DNA of 64,000 nt from a virus, in IMG/VR virus record IMGVR_UViG_3300044617_000226, positions 1-64,000 of that record; one strand, given 5' to 3'. A program made the position numbers and the translations under genes. Each line of letters opens with the position of its first letter. The first letter of the stretch is position 1. The notes under the pieces were generated by a model. That model ran no database searches, had not been told where the DNA came from, and saw only the letters and a list, made by a program, of their open reading frames with translations. This document shows positions 1 through 8,728 of this stretch, one piece after another.

Positions 1-645
1 CTCTCCGGCTCCATTAACATTAAGCACACCTCCGCGCATTGCTGTAAGCATGAACTTCGCAATAACTCTATCTTCAACATCAAGTGGCCCGTATACAGCA
101 CTAGGGCGAATGATAGTATGCTTAAAACAATCTCGGCGCGAGTAATCTTTAACAAGCCATTCTCCTGCAAGTTTCATGATGCCATATTGTCCTTGTGGAC
201 GACAGATTGCATCTTCCGTCACATCGTCAGTAAAGTCTCCATAGACCATGCTACTGCTGATGTATATAAATTTTTTAACACAGCCAATTCTGCTCTCTTC
301 AAGTAGATTGAGCAATCCTTCGCTCATCACTTTAGCACCGTAAGGTGGATTGCTGTTGACTACTTTCTGTCGTGGGAAACTTGCCATATGTATTACGATA
401 TCAGGCTGAAATCTTTTAAAGACGGTGTGCATCATAAATCGTTCGCTGATATCCCACTTGACATTTTCTACAATGCCAACTTTTCTCTTACGCTGTTCCA
501 TGAGATAATCGATCTCATCTTGAGGTATGATGCCATAATTAGTTTCAGTATCAACGACCATGACACGATGTTTCAAGTCTTTTAATTTTCTAACTACATT
601 GTGGCCTATAAGACCATAGCCACCGGTCACTAATATGTCACTCAT
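1..645 (-). CDS. NAD-dependent epimerase/dehydratase (extended SDR), 3' end runs off window
   Basis: Not in the ORF track; translated by hand from ATG at 645: MSDILVTGGYGLIGHNVV (GxxGxxG), IHMAS, FIYISSSMVYG, catalytic YGIMK (YxxxK), RPSAVYGP. Start overlaps the stop of 638..877. Confidence 0.9.
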   Translation of the reverse strand, partial: MSDILVTGGYGLIGHNVVRKLKDLKHRVMVVDTETNYGIIPQDEIDYLMEQRKRKVGIVENVKWDISERFMMHTVFKRFQPDIVIHMASFPRQKVVNSNPPYGAKVMSEGLLNLLEESRIGCVKKFIYISSSMVYGDFTDDVTEDAICRPQGQYGIMKLAGEWLVKDYSRRDCFKHTIIRPSAVYGPLDVEDRVIAKFMLTAMRGGVLNVNGAGE

Positions 646-877
646 ACTTTAACTTCCAATATGTTAAATCTTGTCCATCTAGCCATGCATGTATCGTATA
701 CACATATCCATAAGTACTAGGATCGATATGTCTTTTCCACATAGGCTTTTCAACGCTACGATCCATGATCCACTTACCTTCATCTGATTGTTGCCACTTC
801 CAGATGGGTTCAGCGACAAAAAGATCAGGGTCTTCTACATCACCCATTTTTATTTGATGTACTATTACTTCTTGCAT
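638..877 (-). CDS. hypothetical phage protein (79 aa)
   Basis: Tightly packed between thyA and the epimerase on the same strand; no recognisable motif. Confidence 0.75.
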   Translation of the reverse strand: MQEVIVHQIKMGDVEDPDLFVAEPIWKWQQSDEGKWIMDRSVEKPMWKRHIDPSTYGYVYTIHAWLDGQDLTYWKLKYE

Positions 878-878
878 A

Positions 879-1727
879 TTATACTGCCATCACAGCCTTG
901 ATACTATCATGACTCTGATAGTTTTGCAACTTGATGTCATCCATAGTGAAACTGTTGATATCTTTCACAGCAGGATTCAAATACAATGTAGGTAAAGGAT
1001 ATTCTTCACGGCTCAATTGTACATTGACCTGCTCTACATGATCTTTATAGATATGGGTATCGCCCGTTGATATTATTAATTCGCCAACCTTAAGATCACA
1101 TACTTGTGCTAACATGTGTGTCAATAATGCATAACTCGCTATGTTGAATGGCAAGCCCAAGAACACATCTACGCTACGCTGATACATATGGCAACTTAGC
1201 CTGTTGTCCTTGCTCACATAATATTGACTCATCACATGACAGGGAGGTAATGCCATGTCTTTTAGTTCGCCCACATTCCATGCGCTTATGATATGACGGC
1301 GACTGTTAGGATCATTCTTCAATGAATCAACTAGATTAGATACTTGATCAATCAGGCTACCCCATCTAGGACCTTCCCATTTGCGCCACTGCACTCCATA
1401 TACAGGACCTAAATCACCTTCAAACTTTGCTTTAGACTTCCAATAGGGTGCTAACGCATTTGGTGTCCATATGGTTACTTTACCTTCTTTCGACCCATGC
1501 GTAATCTCCGCCAGTCTACGCTCATCGTTACTACCTTCAAGAAACCAAAGTAACTCACCAACGCAAGCCTTCCAAGCCAACTTCTTTGTAGTGATTGCTG
1601 GAAAACCGGAATCAAGATCAAAACGAAGCTGGCGACCAAAAACACTAATAGTGCCCACGCCAGTTCGATCATCTCTTGACTCTCCATATGCTAAAATGTC
1701 TTTCAATAAATCGTGATACTGTTTCAT
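879..1727 (-). CDS. thyA: thymidylate synthase
   Basis: DRTGVGT, ELLWFL, catalytic PPCH, YQRSVDVFLGLPFNIASY, GDTHIY. Confidence 0.97.
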   Translation of the reverse strand: MKQYHDLLKDILAYGESRDDRTGVGTISVFGRQLRFDLDSGFPAITTKKLAWKACVGELLWFLEGSNDERRLAEITHGSKEGKVTIWTPNALAPYWKSKAKFEGDLGPVYGVQWRKWEGPRWGSLIDQVSNLVDSLKNDPNSRRHIISAWNVGELKDMALPPCHVMSQYYVSKDNRLSCHMYQRSVDVFLGLPFNIASYALLTHMLAQVCDLKVGELIISTGDTHIYKDHVEQVNVQLSREEYPLPTLYLNPAVKDINSFTMDDIKLQNYQSHDSIKAVMAV

Positions 1728-2023
1728 TTGAATTTTCTTAGCAACTTGTCGGTTTCTGGTTGTACGGTTTCTGCTATACTTTCAATATTCAAAACGAATT
1801 CCACTCCCGTAATAAAATCATCGTATTCCGCTAATTTGCGGCTAACAGCCTCTTCTATCTGATGAGGCTCTAATCCTTGACTAAGGAAACGCTTAATATT
1901 GATTGTCTGCTGTCTTTTCCCGGAGAGTTTAATCACAAGTTTTGATATAAACTCTACGGGAATCTTTTGCTTGTCAACATCATCAATAATATGCTCCCAC
2001 TGTTTGATAAAGTCCGGGGACAT
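1724..2023 (-). CDS. hypothetical phage protein (99 aa)
   Basis: ATGA overlap with thyA start. Confidence 0.75.
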   Translation of the reverse strand: MSPDFIKQWEHIIDDVDKQKIPVEFISKLVIKLSGKRQQTINIKRFLSQGLEPHQIEEAVSRKLAEYDDFITGVEFVLNIESIAETVQPETDKLLRKFK

Positions 2024-2036
2024 GATTTAGATGATC

Positions 2037-2720
2037 TTATGCAGTTGTTTTCGTTTTTACTTTTCTGGCTTTAGGTGCCGCGGCTTTGACAACTTTTTCA
2101 GGTTTAGCCTTTACTGGATCAAGAGTATTTGCTTCCTTCATCAAACGCTGTGCTTCAGCCATCAAACCTTTTGCTTCACGATCCATGCGCTCAGCCTGTT
2201 GACGCAAGTTAGCGGCAATACCATTATCATCAAGTGCCGCATTTAGCTCCGCATCTGAACCAGCCGGAGCAGGTCGCTGATTGCCGCGCAAACGTCTAGC
2301 AACTTGTAATGGATCTTGCATTCCCATGCTCTGATCCATCTCAGTCAATTTCCTGACTGCTTCTTCGCCTTGCTTCATTTCGTCAAGGATCTTGTTGAGT
2401 TCATCAAGTTTGATCTGTACATTTGGTTGAGGTGTCATGACAACAAGTTCAGTACGAATCTTCTTGAGCATACCTTCACCGTGTAACTTTTGAAGAATGA
2501 TTGTACCGTCTTTAGCATGAGTACGATTCAATGCTAATGCAAGGTCTTCGCTATTCTGACCAATGTCGCTTTCAATACAAGCCATAAGTGGATCATGAAT
2601 ATTCTGACCTAGTACCTCTGTATAAACAACCAATGCCATGTGTGGCTCGCCAGGTACTTCACGGAACACTACCGCTACTTTACGATCACCATGCTTTCCT
2701 ATATGTCTTAAAAACGCCAT
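2037..2720 (-). CDS. hypothetical phage protein (227 aa) with coiled-coil and basic C-terminal tail
   Basis: AGGAG RBS upstream; helical C-half and Lys/Ala-rich tail. Confidence 0.8.
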   Translation of the reverse strand: MAFLRHIGKHGDRKVAVVFREVPGEPHMALVVYTEVLGQNIHDPLMACIESDIGQNSEDLALALNRTHAKDGTIILQKLHGEGMLKKIRTELVVMTPQPNVQIKLDELNKILDEMKQGEEAVRKLTEMDQSMGMQDPLQVARRLRGNQRPAPAGSDAELNAALDDNGIAANLRQQAERMDREAKGLMAEAQRLMKEANTLDPVKAKPEKVVKAAAPKARKVKTKTTA

Positions 2721-2743
2721 ATGTATTCTCCTAATTTGTGAAG

Positions 2744-2751
2744 TATTTAAC
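2744..2751 (-). promoter_or_regulatory. possible late promoter (GTTAAATA)
   Basis: TAAATA core in the intergenic gap ~25 nt before the ATG at 2720, same placement as other copies. Confidence 0.45.
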
Positions 2752-2775
2752 TAGCAAGTTAGACTTCAAATTATT

Positions 2776-3018
2776 TTAAGACCAAGTAAGTTCGTAAAGT
2801 ACGGCTTCTTGTGGATCTTCAAAATATATCATCACTACCTGTTCAAAAATAGTATTACGCTGTGCATTCAAACCAATGTAATATCTACCATGAAGTCTTT
2901 CTAATACCCAAAGTTTAGCCTCTTCATTAAGAGGAGTAGAAGTGGGTATAAAATGTTTTGGGCAAAAAGAAACTTCTCTAGCCTTATTCCAAGTATCAAT
3001 ATTGATGACTAAGTTCAT
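2776..3018 (-). CDS. hypothetical phage protein (80 aa)
   Basis: Overlaps the end of the upstream gene; C-terminal IYFEDPQEAVLYELTWS. Confidence 0.7.
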   Translation of the reverse strand: MNLVINIDTWNKAREVSFCPKHFIPTSTPLNEEAKLWVLERLHGRYYIGLNAQRNTIFEQVVMIYFEDPQEAVLYELTWS

Positions 3019-3424
3019 CTCTAGTTAACTCCAATAGCATCTTATAATGATTGTACGCATTTACTACGGCAGGATTATCGGTAGCCCTGGGTGCGATCTC
3101 AAGCCACAGTTGATCTCTGACAAGTTCAGGATGCACGAATCCTCCAACATTATTATACATTCTAGGTTGATGGATCTTACCTGCTTCCCATAACCAATGT
3201 GCAATCTCTTTTATTTTATCCAGATCATATTGACCCAAATCATAATTGGTACTGATCGTAGCGAAATGATTACCACTAGAATGATAATCTTCTACCACCT
3301 GCATCAAGCCCTGTTTATCAGTGCATTTAGTTCGTGTGATGATACACAATACATCATCGATATTGACTTCACCCGCCGCGATTGATTTGAGACAACCACC
3401 GAGACTAGTACCGATCAGCATCAT
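2996..3424 (-). CDS. hypothetical phage protein (142 aa)
   Basis: ATGA overlap with upstream gene. Confidence 0.75.
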   Translation of the reverse strand: MMLIGTSLGGCLKSIAAGEVNIDDVLCIITRTKCTDKQGLMQVVEDYHSSGNHFATISTNYDLGQYDLDKIKEIAHWLWEAGKIHQPRMYNNVGGFVHPELVRDQLWLEIAPRATDNPAVVNAYNHYKMLLELTRDELSHQY

Positions 3425-3792
3425 ACGATCATCTTTCTTTCTGACTTAGTGTAGTCGCTATAAATCTTAGTACCATTTTCACGAATCCATTCTACCAACG
3501 GTTGTGGACACTCCGCAAAAATAGTCTGAACCTCTTTCTTATCAAATTCGCTAGCGAAAGTATAGATTTCATAACTACGCTGGCTGTTAGCCCTAGCCCG
3601 CATAATCAATTCATTGAGTGGGATGGGATTCCTCATTGGTAGAGTCTTTTCACCCTTGAGTGTATTCCATGTCTTTTGTTTGTCATGGTTGTTGATGAGT
3701 TCTAAAGCCTCATCAACATCCCACAATGATTCAAGGCCTAGCATGTCCCAAACAGCGAGGAACCTATACTCTTTCTTTTTTCTTGAGGGCAT
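3421..3792 (-). CDS. hypothetical phage protein (123 aa)
   Basis: In-operon minus-strand ORF overlapping both neighbours. Confidence 0.75.
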   Translation of the reverse strand: MPSRKKKEYRFLAVWDMLGLESLWDVDEALELINNHDKQKTWNTLKGEKTLPMRNPIPLNELIMRARANSQRSYEIYTFASEFDKKEVQTIFAECPQPLVEWIRENGTKIYSDYTKSERKMIV

Positions 3793-4021
3793 ACAATACT
3801 TCCACTTTGCTTATTGCATCATTTAATGTTGGATCAGTATCTGCCATAAACACGGCTTCTTTAAGATTGATCCAACGCTTGGATATCTCTTGTTCCTTTT
3901 GGTATGCAGGATCTAGATAGTGCAGAGACCTGACGGTCTCTCCCGACTTGCGAGAGTAGACCGTCTTGCCACCATCTGGACTTTCGTAGATGGTTACCTC
4001 TTCAACGCTTTTTATGATCAT
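3764..4021 (-). CDS. hypothetical phage protein (85 aa, IYESPDGGKTVYSR motif)
   Basis: Start moved from 4129 to the ATG at 4021 (MIIKSVEEV) to avoid a 128-nt overlap with the VWA gene. Confidence 0.7.
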   Translation of the reverse strand: MIIKSVEEVTIYESPDGGKTVYSRKSGETVRSLHYLDPAYQKEQEISKRWINLKEAVFMADTDPTLNDAISKVEVLYALKKKERV

Positions 4022-5309
4022 CGTAGAGTGCAAAAGTACCGAACGGGGGATTCGGATTAGGATCACCGTGAATGATCCATGTCGTATCACAATAATCACT
4101 ATCACCCCAACTACCGAAGGGGTAACCATCAGTGAACACGATCAATCGATTGGGCACTCGACCTTCTTCTTTAAGATGACGGAAGATGCAAGTGAAGTCA
4201 GTACCACCACCGCCCACCAATTCATACTGATCAACACTATCGAGGTTCTCGCTAGTGAAAGTTTGCGGGTTGTAAACTTCAGTATCGAAACATGCGACAT
4301 TGATACGATAGCCGTCGAATGCACTCATCATGCCTGCAACCTCAGTCAAGAATGCACGACCTTGTTCATCGCTAATACTACCTGACAAGTCGATGAAAAC
4401 ATCAACATCGATTTCTTCGCCGGGTGTCATAGCGGGCATGATAGCATCCATATGCCAGCCCCTGCGACTAGGGCGAATGAAACTAAAGTCAGTCTTGATA
4501 GCACTGGTCAGATTAGTCTGAATCAGTTCACGCCAAGGCATGACAGGGTTAGTGACATCTTTGATAAGACGCTCGACACCTTTAGGCAAACTACCTGCCT
4601 CAGCACTACTCGCGGCATTGATGATAGCCTGCTTGATTTCTTGCTTGAGTTGTTCACGCTCTTCAGCGGTCATCGTAGGACGCTTGCCCTTACCCTTCTT
4701 GTCTCCCTCACCACCTTCTTGATCACCGTCTTCGCCGTCACCATCACCATCGAGGTGATCGTCAAGGAGTTTGTTGACAAGATCATCGAGGCTGATCTTT
4801 TCTACATTCTTCATCAGGTCATCATAGATTTCTTCGCTAGCCTTGCCGTCATACTTTGCTTCGTACAAGCAAGGTACGCTAGTGATGAACTCGCCTACTT
4901 TGTGACGCTTCAAGTCAGCATTGACCGCATAGTCATTTGCGATATTAAAAATTTGTGGGTCACGATCACCGCGACGACCAAAGTGATCATAAACAACGTG
5001 CAACACTTCATGCGCAACCAAGAATTCAACTTCTTTAGGCTTGAGCAAGGTAACGAATCTTGAATTATAGTAAAACTTCTTACCGTCAGTCGCGGCAGTA
5101 GCACACCAGTCATCAGCATTGATCAACTGAAGTCTGGTAGCGAGGTTACCGAAAAACGAATGACGCAATAGCAAACCAATGCGGGCAGTCACCAGTCGTT
5201 CACGGGCCTGCATATCAATCTTAGGGTCAGTAGGACCGATCAGATTGTCAAACTTCTTATTGCGTTTAGATTTCTTAGCACCTTTAGTGCCGGGAATTAC
5301 ATCAGACAT
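4002..5309 (-). CDS. VWA-domain protein with N-terminal HEXXH metallopeptidase-like domain (DUF2201-like)
   Basis: TAATDG, AHEVLH (HEXXH), NIANDYAVN, acidic Gly linker, MIDAS-like DLSGS, GGGGTDF, VFTDGY. Start placed at ATG 5309, which has an AGGAG RBS at 5317-5321. Confidence 0.88.
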   Translation of the reverse strand: MSDVIPGTKGAKKSKRNKKFDNLIGPTDPKIDMQARERLVTARIGLLLRHSFFGNLATRLQLINADDWCATAATDGKKFYYNSRFVTLLKPKEVEFLVAHEVLHVVYDHFGRRGDRDPQIFNIANDYAVNADLKRHKVGEFITSVPCLYEAKYDGKASEEIYDDLMKNVEKISLDDLVNKLLDDHLDGDGDGEDGDQEGGEGDKKGKGKRPTMTAEEREQLKQEIKQAIINAASSAEAGSLPKGVERLIKDVTNPVMPWRELIQTNLTSAIKTDFSFIRPSRRGWHMDAIMPAMTPGEEIDVDVFIDLSGSISDEQGRAFLTEVAGMMSAFDGYRINVACFDTEVYNPQTFTSENLDSVDQYELVGGGGTDFTCIFRHLKEEGRVPNRLIVFTDGYPFGSWGDSDYCDTTWIIHGDPNPNPPFGTFALYDDHKKR

Positions 5310-5338
5310 ATGTACACTCCTATCAGTCATATGTATAT

Positions 5339-5367
5339 ATTATACAGAAATTTACGGGTAGAGTCAA
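5339..5367 (-). promoter_or_regulatory. sigma70-type promoter for the VWA gene
   Basis: TTGACT (5367-5362), 17-nt spacer, TATAAT (5344-5339). Confidence 0.85.
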
Positions 5368-5378
5368 GCCTGCTAAGT

Positions 5379-5396
5379 TGTTGTTTTTAAACAACA
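5379..5396. promoter_or_regulatory. palindromic operator-like site TGTTG-N8-CAACA
   Basis: TGTTGTTTTTAAACAACA just upstream of the -35 box; second copy at 7555-7572. Confidence 0.6.
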
Positions 5397-5990
5397 TTAT
5401 CCTGCATCAAACCAACGCATATACAGAATGCATACATTGTTGTTTTCCTTAGGTGCATACTCATGACCCAAGTGCATATTGTGGCCAAACAATTTATTGG
5501 AAGTAGCGACTGTCCTTACTCCCATTTTCCAAAAATCAGGACCTTCAGGGGTAGGTGATACCATGAATTCGCTATTGACATCATTTTTAGTCAAAGTCAA
5601 CATAGTGAACCATAATTTCAAAGGATCCTGTATGTGGTCTATGATATTGAAATCTTTATGCCAACCATATGATTTCATATCCGGTGTAGGGCGAGGACCT
5701 ACTAAAGTTGATAAATTAAATAAAACGGGCACTTGGACACCCGACTCAATTAACTTATTTTCAATTAACTCAATTGCTAGTAATGTATCTTTTGATACCT
5801 TTGATTTTAAAATACTATTATCATGATATCGATTCGATACCACATTACCTTGAGTTTCGGTAACAGTCCCTTCTTCATCAATAAAAAGGCTAGATTTAAA
5901 ACCTAATGAGAGTGATTCTACAAGTTGGCTATGGAGGCTATCTTCTAAAAAATCAGCCTGATAAAACCATTTGTAATCTGTCTTTTTCAT
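5397..5990 (-). CDS. hypothetical protein, possible 2OG-Fe(II) oxygenase-like fold
   Basis: YGWHKD...LGHEY...ILYMRWF resembles an HxD...H facial triad; visibly more AT-rich than the flanking genes. Confidence 0.5.
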   Translation of the reverse strand: MKKTDYKWFYQADFLEDSLHSQLVESLSLGFKSSLFIDEEGTVTETQGNVVSNRYHDNSILKSKVSKDTLLAIELIENKLIESGVQVPVLFNLSTLVGPRPTPDMKSYGWHKDFNIIDHIQDPLKLWFTMLTLTKNDVNSEFMVSPTPEGPDFWKMGVRTVATSNKLFGHNMHLGHEYAPKENNNVCILYMRWFDAG

Positions 5991-5999
5991 AAAAGGGTA

Positions 6000-6053
6000 C
6001 CTACCCGGTAGATGCCAATGACTCTCACATTATTTAGCGATCTACCGGGTAGG
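6000..6053. repeat. perfect 14-bp inverted repeat (hairpin) with 26-nt loop
   Basis: CCTACCCGGTAGAT (6000-6013) / ATCTACCGGGTAGG (6040-6053); the loop contains TAAATA on the minus strand. Confidence 0.85.
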
Positions 6054-6065
6054 ATTTTTTACTGA

Positions 6066-7160
6066 TTAGTTACCAGCCTCGACAATGTACTTGCCGTACT
6101 TCTTGTGGAACTCGTCAAAGTTCTTCAACTGACTAGGTTCGATCGGCAACTTGAAAGTCTTGAGTGCGATCTTAGCACCCATAACAACCAACTCAGTCTC
6201 AAAGTTAGCCATCATATAGTTGAAGAAATTATCAGCCATAGTGTGGAACTTCTTGCTATCAACCTTGTTCTCAACAGCATCACGCAGTTCGTAGCACATT
6301 GAAGTGGTCAACGAATACATAGCCGAGATTTCTTTGACATTGAGTTCTTTGACCTTACCGCTAAGGATATCGCTCGGGTTCGGCATCTTGCTAGAAACCT
6401 TACGGTGAGCCATAAACTTGACTGCAAGACCTTCACCGATAGCCGAGGCTACAAGATTGAACAAGGTATCGGTATCGGTATCTTCTTCATCTTCAAGAAT
6501 CTCGCTAACGAATGTCCAACTACGCGGTGTAGCGAATGCACGGCTAGACGATTTGTTGTCGAAATCGTACAAGTCATTCTTAGCGAACGACAAGTAACCT
6601 ACAACATCAGTGTGAATGCCTGCATTCACAGCCCAAGTCTGCCATGAAGCAAAGTCGGCTCGCATTTCGATATGCAAGAAACGATTAGCGAGGGGCATCG
6701 GCATGCGATATGTCACACCTTTGTCACTCTCACGATTACCTGCGGCAACGATAACAACATTATCGGGCAACACATACTTGCCTACGCGGCGATTGAGAAC
6801 CAACTGATAACCTGCTGCCTGTACAGCAGGAGCCGCACTATTCATCTCATCGAGGAACAACACGATGATGGGATACTTGCTAGCAAGTTCAGCATCGGGC
6901 AGATCGACCGGGGGAGCCCAGTCCATTTTGCCGAGGTCTTTGCTATAGAAAGGGATACCGCGCAAGTCAGTAGGCTCCATCTGTGCCATGCGCAGATCGA
7001 TCATGAACCCACCTAGTTCATTAGTGATGTCTTGAACAACCTCACTCTTACCGATGCCGGGAGGACCCCAGAGAAACATCGGGCGCTTAGCCTTGAATGC
7101 TTTGAGGATTGCTTTGCGAGCCTGAACCGAAGTAACGGTCAAATTGTCAGAAATAGCCAT
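6066..7160 (-). CDS. MoxR-like AAA+ ATPase
   Basis: Walker A GPPGIGKS, Walker B LFLDE, AAGNR, PLANRF, ATPRSW; AGGAG RBS; VWA partner nearby. Confidence 0.9.
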   Translation of the reverse strand: MAISDNLTVTSVQARKAILKAFKAKRPMFLWGPPGIGKSEVVQDITNELGGFMIDLRMAQMEPTDLRGIPFYSKDLGKMDWAPPVDLPDAELASKYPIIVLFLDEMNSAAPAVQAAGYQLVLNRRVGKYVLPDNVVIVAAGNRESDKGVTYRMPMPLANRFLHIEMRADFASWQTWAVNAGIHTDVVGYLSFAKNDLYDFDNKSSSRAFATPRSWTFVSEILEDEEDTDTDTLFNLVASAIGEGLAVKFMAHRKVSSKMPNPSDILSGKVKELNVKEISAMYSLTTSMCYELRDAVENKVDSKKFHTMADNFFNYMMANFETELVVMGAKIALKTFKLPIEPSQLKNFDEFHKKYGKYIVEAGN

Positions 7161-7193
7161 GTGAGAGTCTCCTATAAAAAACGATATGATGCT

Positions 7194-7222
7194 ATCTTAC
7201 ATCAAACAAAAGTGAATGTCAA
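7194..7222 (-). promoter_or_regulatory. sigma70-type promoter for the AAA gene
   Basis: TTGACA (7222-7217), 17-nt spacer, TAAGAT (7199-7194); preceded by AGGC like the other two promoters. Confidence 0.75.
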
Positions 7223-7485
7223 GCCTTGTAGTAGTCATAACTACGAATTTTGCTTTGCCGATTTGTGTGGCTTTCGTTGAATTTGATTTCATAACCCTTT
7301 TCTTTGAGGGTGGTGATCAATACAGAAAGGTCACAGTCTTCTTCAAGGAAAGCATTAGAGCCATTTTGATAACTGTAAGTAGAAATCTTATCAGCGATAC
7401 CAAGTTTGGCTAGTTTTGCTTTTGGAAAACGAGCCCAAGCATGACCTGGGTCTGCGAAAACTTTGATACTGATTACTTTAGCCAT
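7219..7485 (-). CDS. small phage protein (88 aa, DPGHAW / LEEDCD motifs)
   Basis: Own promoter and GGAG RBS; function unknown. Confidence 0.8.
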   Translation of the reverse strand: MAKVISIKVFADPGHAWARFPKAKLAKLGIADKISTYSYQNGSNAFLEEDCDLSVLITTLKEKGYEIKFNESHTNRQSKIRSYDYYKA

Positions 7486-7516
7486 TTCACACTCCGTGAA
7501 TCAACGATATGTATGT

Positions 7517-7545
7517 ATTATGAACCCAATCATACCTAAAGTCAA
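7517..7545 (-). promoter_or_regulatory. sigma70-type promoter
   Basis: TTGACT (7545-7540), 17-nt spacer, CATAAT (7522-7517). Confidence 0.75.
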
Positions 7546-7552
7546 GCCTTTG

Positions 7553-7598
7553 AGTGTTGTTTTTGTGCAACACTAGTGGCTATGTAAGTTGTTGATTT
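7553..7598. promoter_or_regulatory. TGTTG-N8-CAACA palindrome plus IHF-consensus site
   Basis: AGTGTTG-TTTTTGTG-CAACACT (7553-7574); minus-strand AATCAACAACTTA (7597-7585) matches IHF WATCAANNNNTTR. Confidence 0.55.
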
Positions 7599-7608
7599 AT
7601 ATAGGATT

Positions 7609-7869
7609 TTACTGAGAAAGGGTCTGAATTAGCACTAATTTTTCGAAATAATCGATAGCCAGTGCTAGTCTTTCACGGGGGACTTCTACTATGCTAGGTT
7701 TCTTGGACTGACGGGCAACGACCTCAGCCGAACTGAGGTCATTAATCATTTTTTCTAGATTTTTTAAAAAGACTTTGTATTGTGGATTGTAATTAAGTTT
7801 TTTAACTTGAATTGCTAAGCCGTCTACTATGTGTCTGGCTTCTAGTGCAGTCTCAAACTTACGGTCCAT
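7609..7869 (-). CDS. hypothetical helical protein (86 aa)
   Basis: Start moved to ATG 7869 (MDRKFET), 1 nt after the stop of the upstream gene. Confidence 0.7.
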   Translation of the reverse strand: MDRKFETALEARHIVDGLAIQVKKLNYNPQYKVFLKNLEKMINDLSSAEVVARQSKKPSIVEVPRERLALAIDYFEKLVLIQTLSQ

Positions 7870-7870
7870 A

Positions 7871-8728
7871 TCACTTGAGTCCCATCTCCTGTCTGATCTT
7901 AGTCGCAGATATTGAGTGTATTGAATCATCGAACACCTCTTGCTCTATCTTGTAACCTACATCACGCCCATATGTGATGTTCACAATATTGGGCACTACT
8001 TGTATAGTATACATTCCTTGATAGAGAGGGTCAAGATCCCTGCGTATACGATCGGTAACCTGTTCAATTGCAAATGGGTTACTACCATTCCAACCCTGGC
8101 AGTCACGGATCATGATACATACTTGACCAGTCTTAGCCAATGCTCTTTCAAAAAGGGCACGATGTCCCTTGTGCCATGGTTGCCAGCGTCCTAACATCTG
8201 TACTGTTTCTTTTTGATAATCAAACACGGGTCTGCGCTCATTGTTGAGAATCTTGTTACCAACAAACGGCACCCAGAAATCTGCATTCTGTTCATTGATA
8301 CGGAAGTCATAGACAGTGGGCGGCACAAACGCTTTGTTAGTATCTTCAAACCTACCCTGATCTATACTATCTATCCATATAACCCAGTCTGCTTTGAAAT
8401 TATTGCGCATCTCTGGCAATGGTGCTACGAAATCGCATATCACGAAATCGCCTGTTGAACTCACGGCAAAATCAAACATGCGAATACTTTGCCTGATTCG
8501 TCCTTCTTTACTGAAGTCCCAATCGTTGAATTTCTTGCGAACATCGTCAGCATTAAACCAATCTACTTTTGCTTGATAATATGCAGGCTGAACTTCATAT
8601 TGTGATAATCGTTCGAATGATACATGTTGTATCGTGCAATATTCTTCTAAGTATTTCTTCAATCTTTCTGAAAAATAAGTTTTACCTGATCCAGGTAAAC
8701 CCATCACTAAAATTCTTGTTGCTGCCAC
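7871..8728 (-). CDS. fusion of APS-kinase-like P-loop kinase and HxGH (cytidylyltransferase-like) nucleotidyltransferase
   Basis: N-term MGLPGSGKT, NADDVR, DFSKEGRIRQ, CDFVAP (CysC-like); C-term GRWQPWHKGH, NPF, SISATKIR. Confidence 0.8.
   Translation of the reverse strand: MAATRILVMGLPGSGKTYFSERLKKYLEEYCTIQHVSFERLSQYEVQPAYYQAKVDWFNADDVRKKFNDWDFSKEGRIRQSIRMFDFAVSSTGDFVICDFVAPLPEMRNNFKADWVIWIDSIDQGRFEDTNKAFVPPTVYDFRINEQNADFWVPFVGNKILNNERRPVFDYQKETVQMLGRWQPWHKGHRALFERALAKTGQVCIMIRDCQGWNGSNPFAIEQVTDRIRRDLDPLYQGMYTIQVVPNIVNITYGRDVGYKIEQEVFDDSIHSISATKIRQEMGLK

Noticed and set aside
879-1727. dCMP hydroxymethylase or intron-containing td gene
   Set aside because: PFNIASY keeps the Asn typical of dUMP-specific ThyA and the frame is uninterrupted at normal length.
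4452-5063. 203-aa plus-strand ORF, and other plus-strand ORFs such as 18708..19424, 29477..29932 and 11756..12034
   Set aside because: All lie antisense to well-supported minus-strand genes or the tmRNA and have no recognisable motifs; treated as shadow ORFs.
6000-6060. Simple rho-independent terminator or mobile-element end
   Set aside because: The 26-nt loop is long, the T-run next to the stem is on the non-coding strand, and there is no transposase; kept as a regulatory hairpin.
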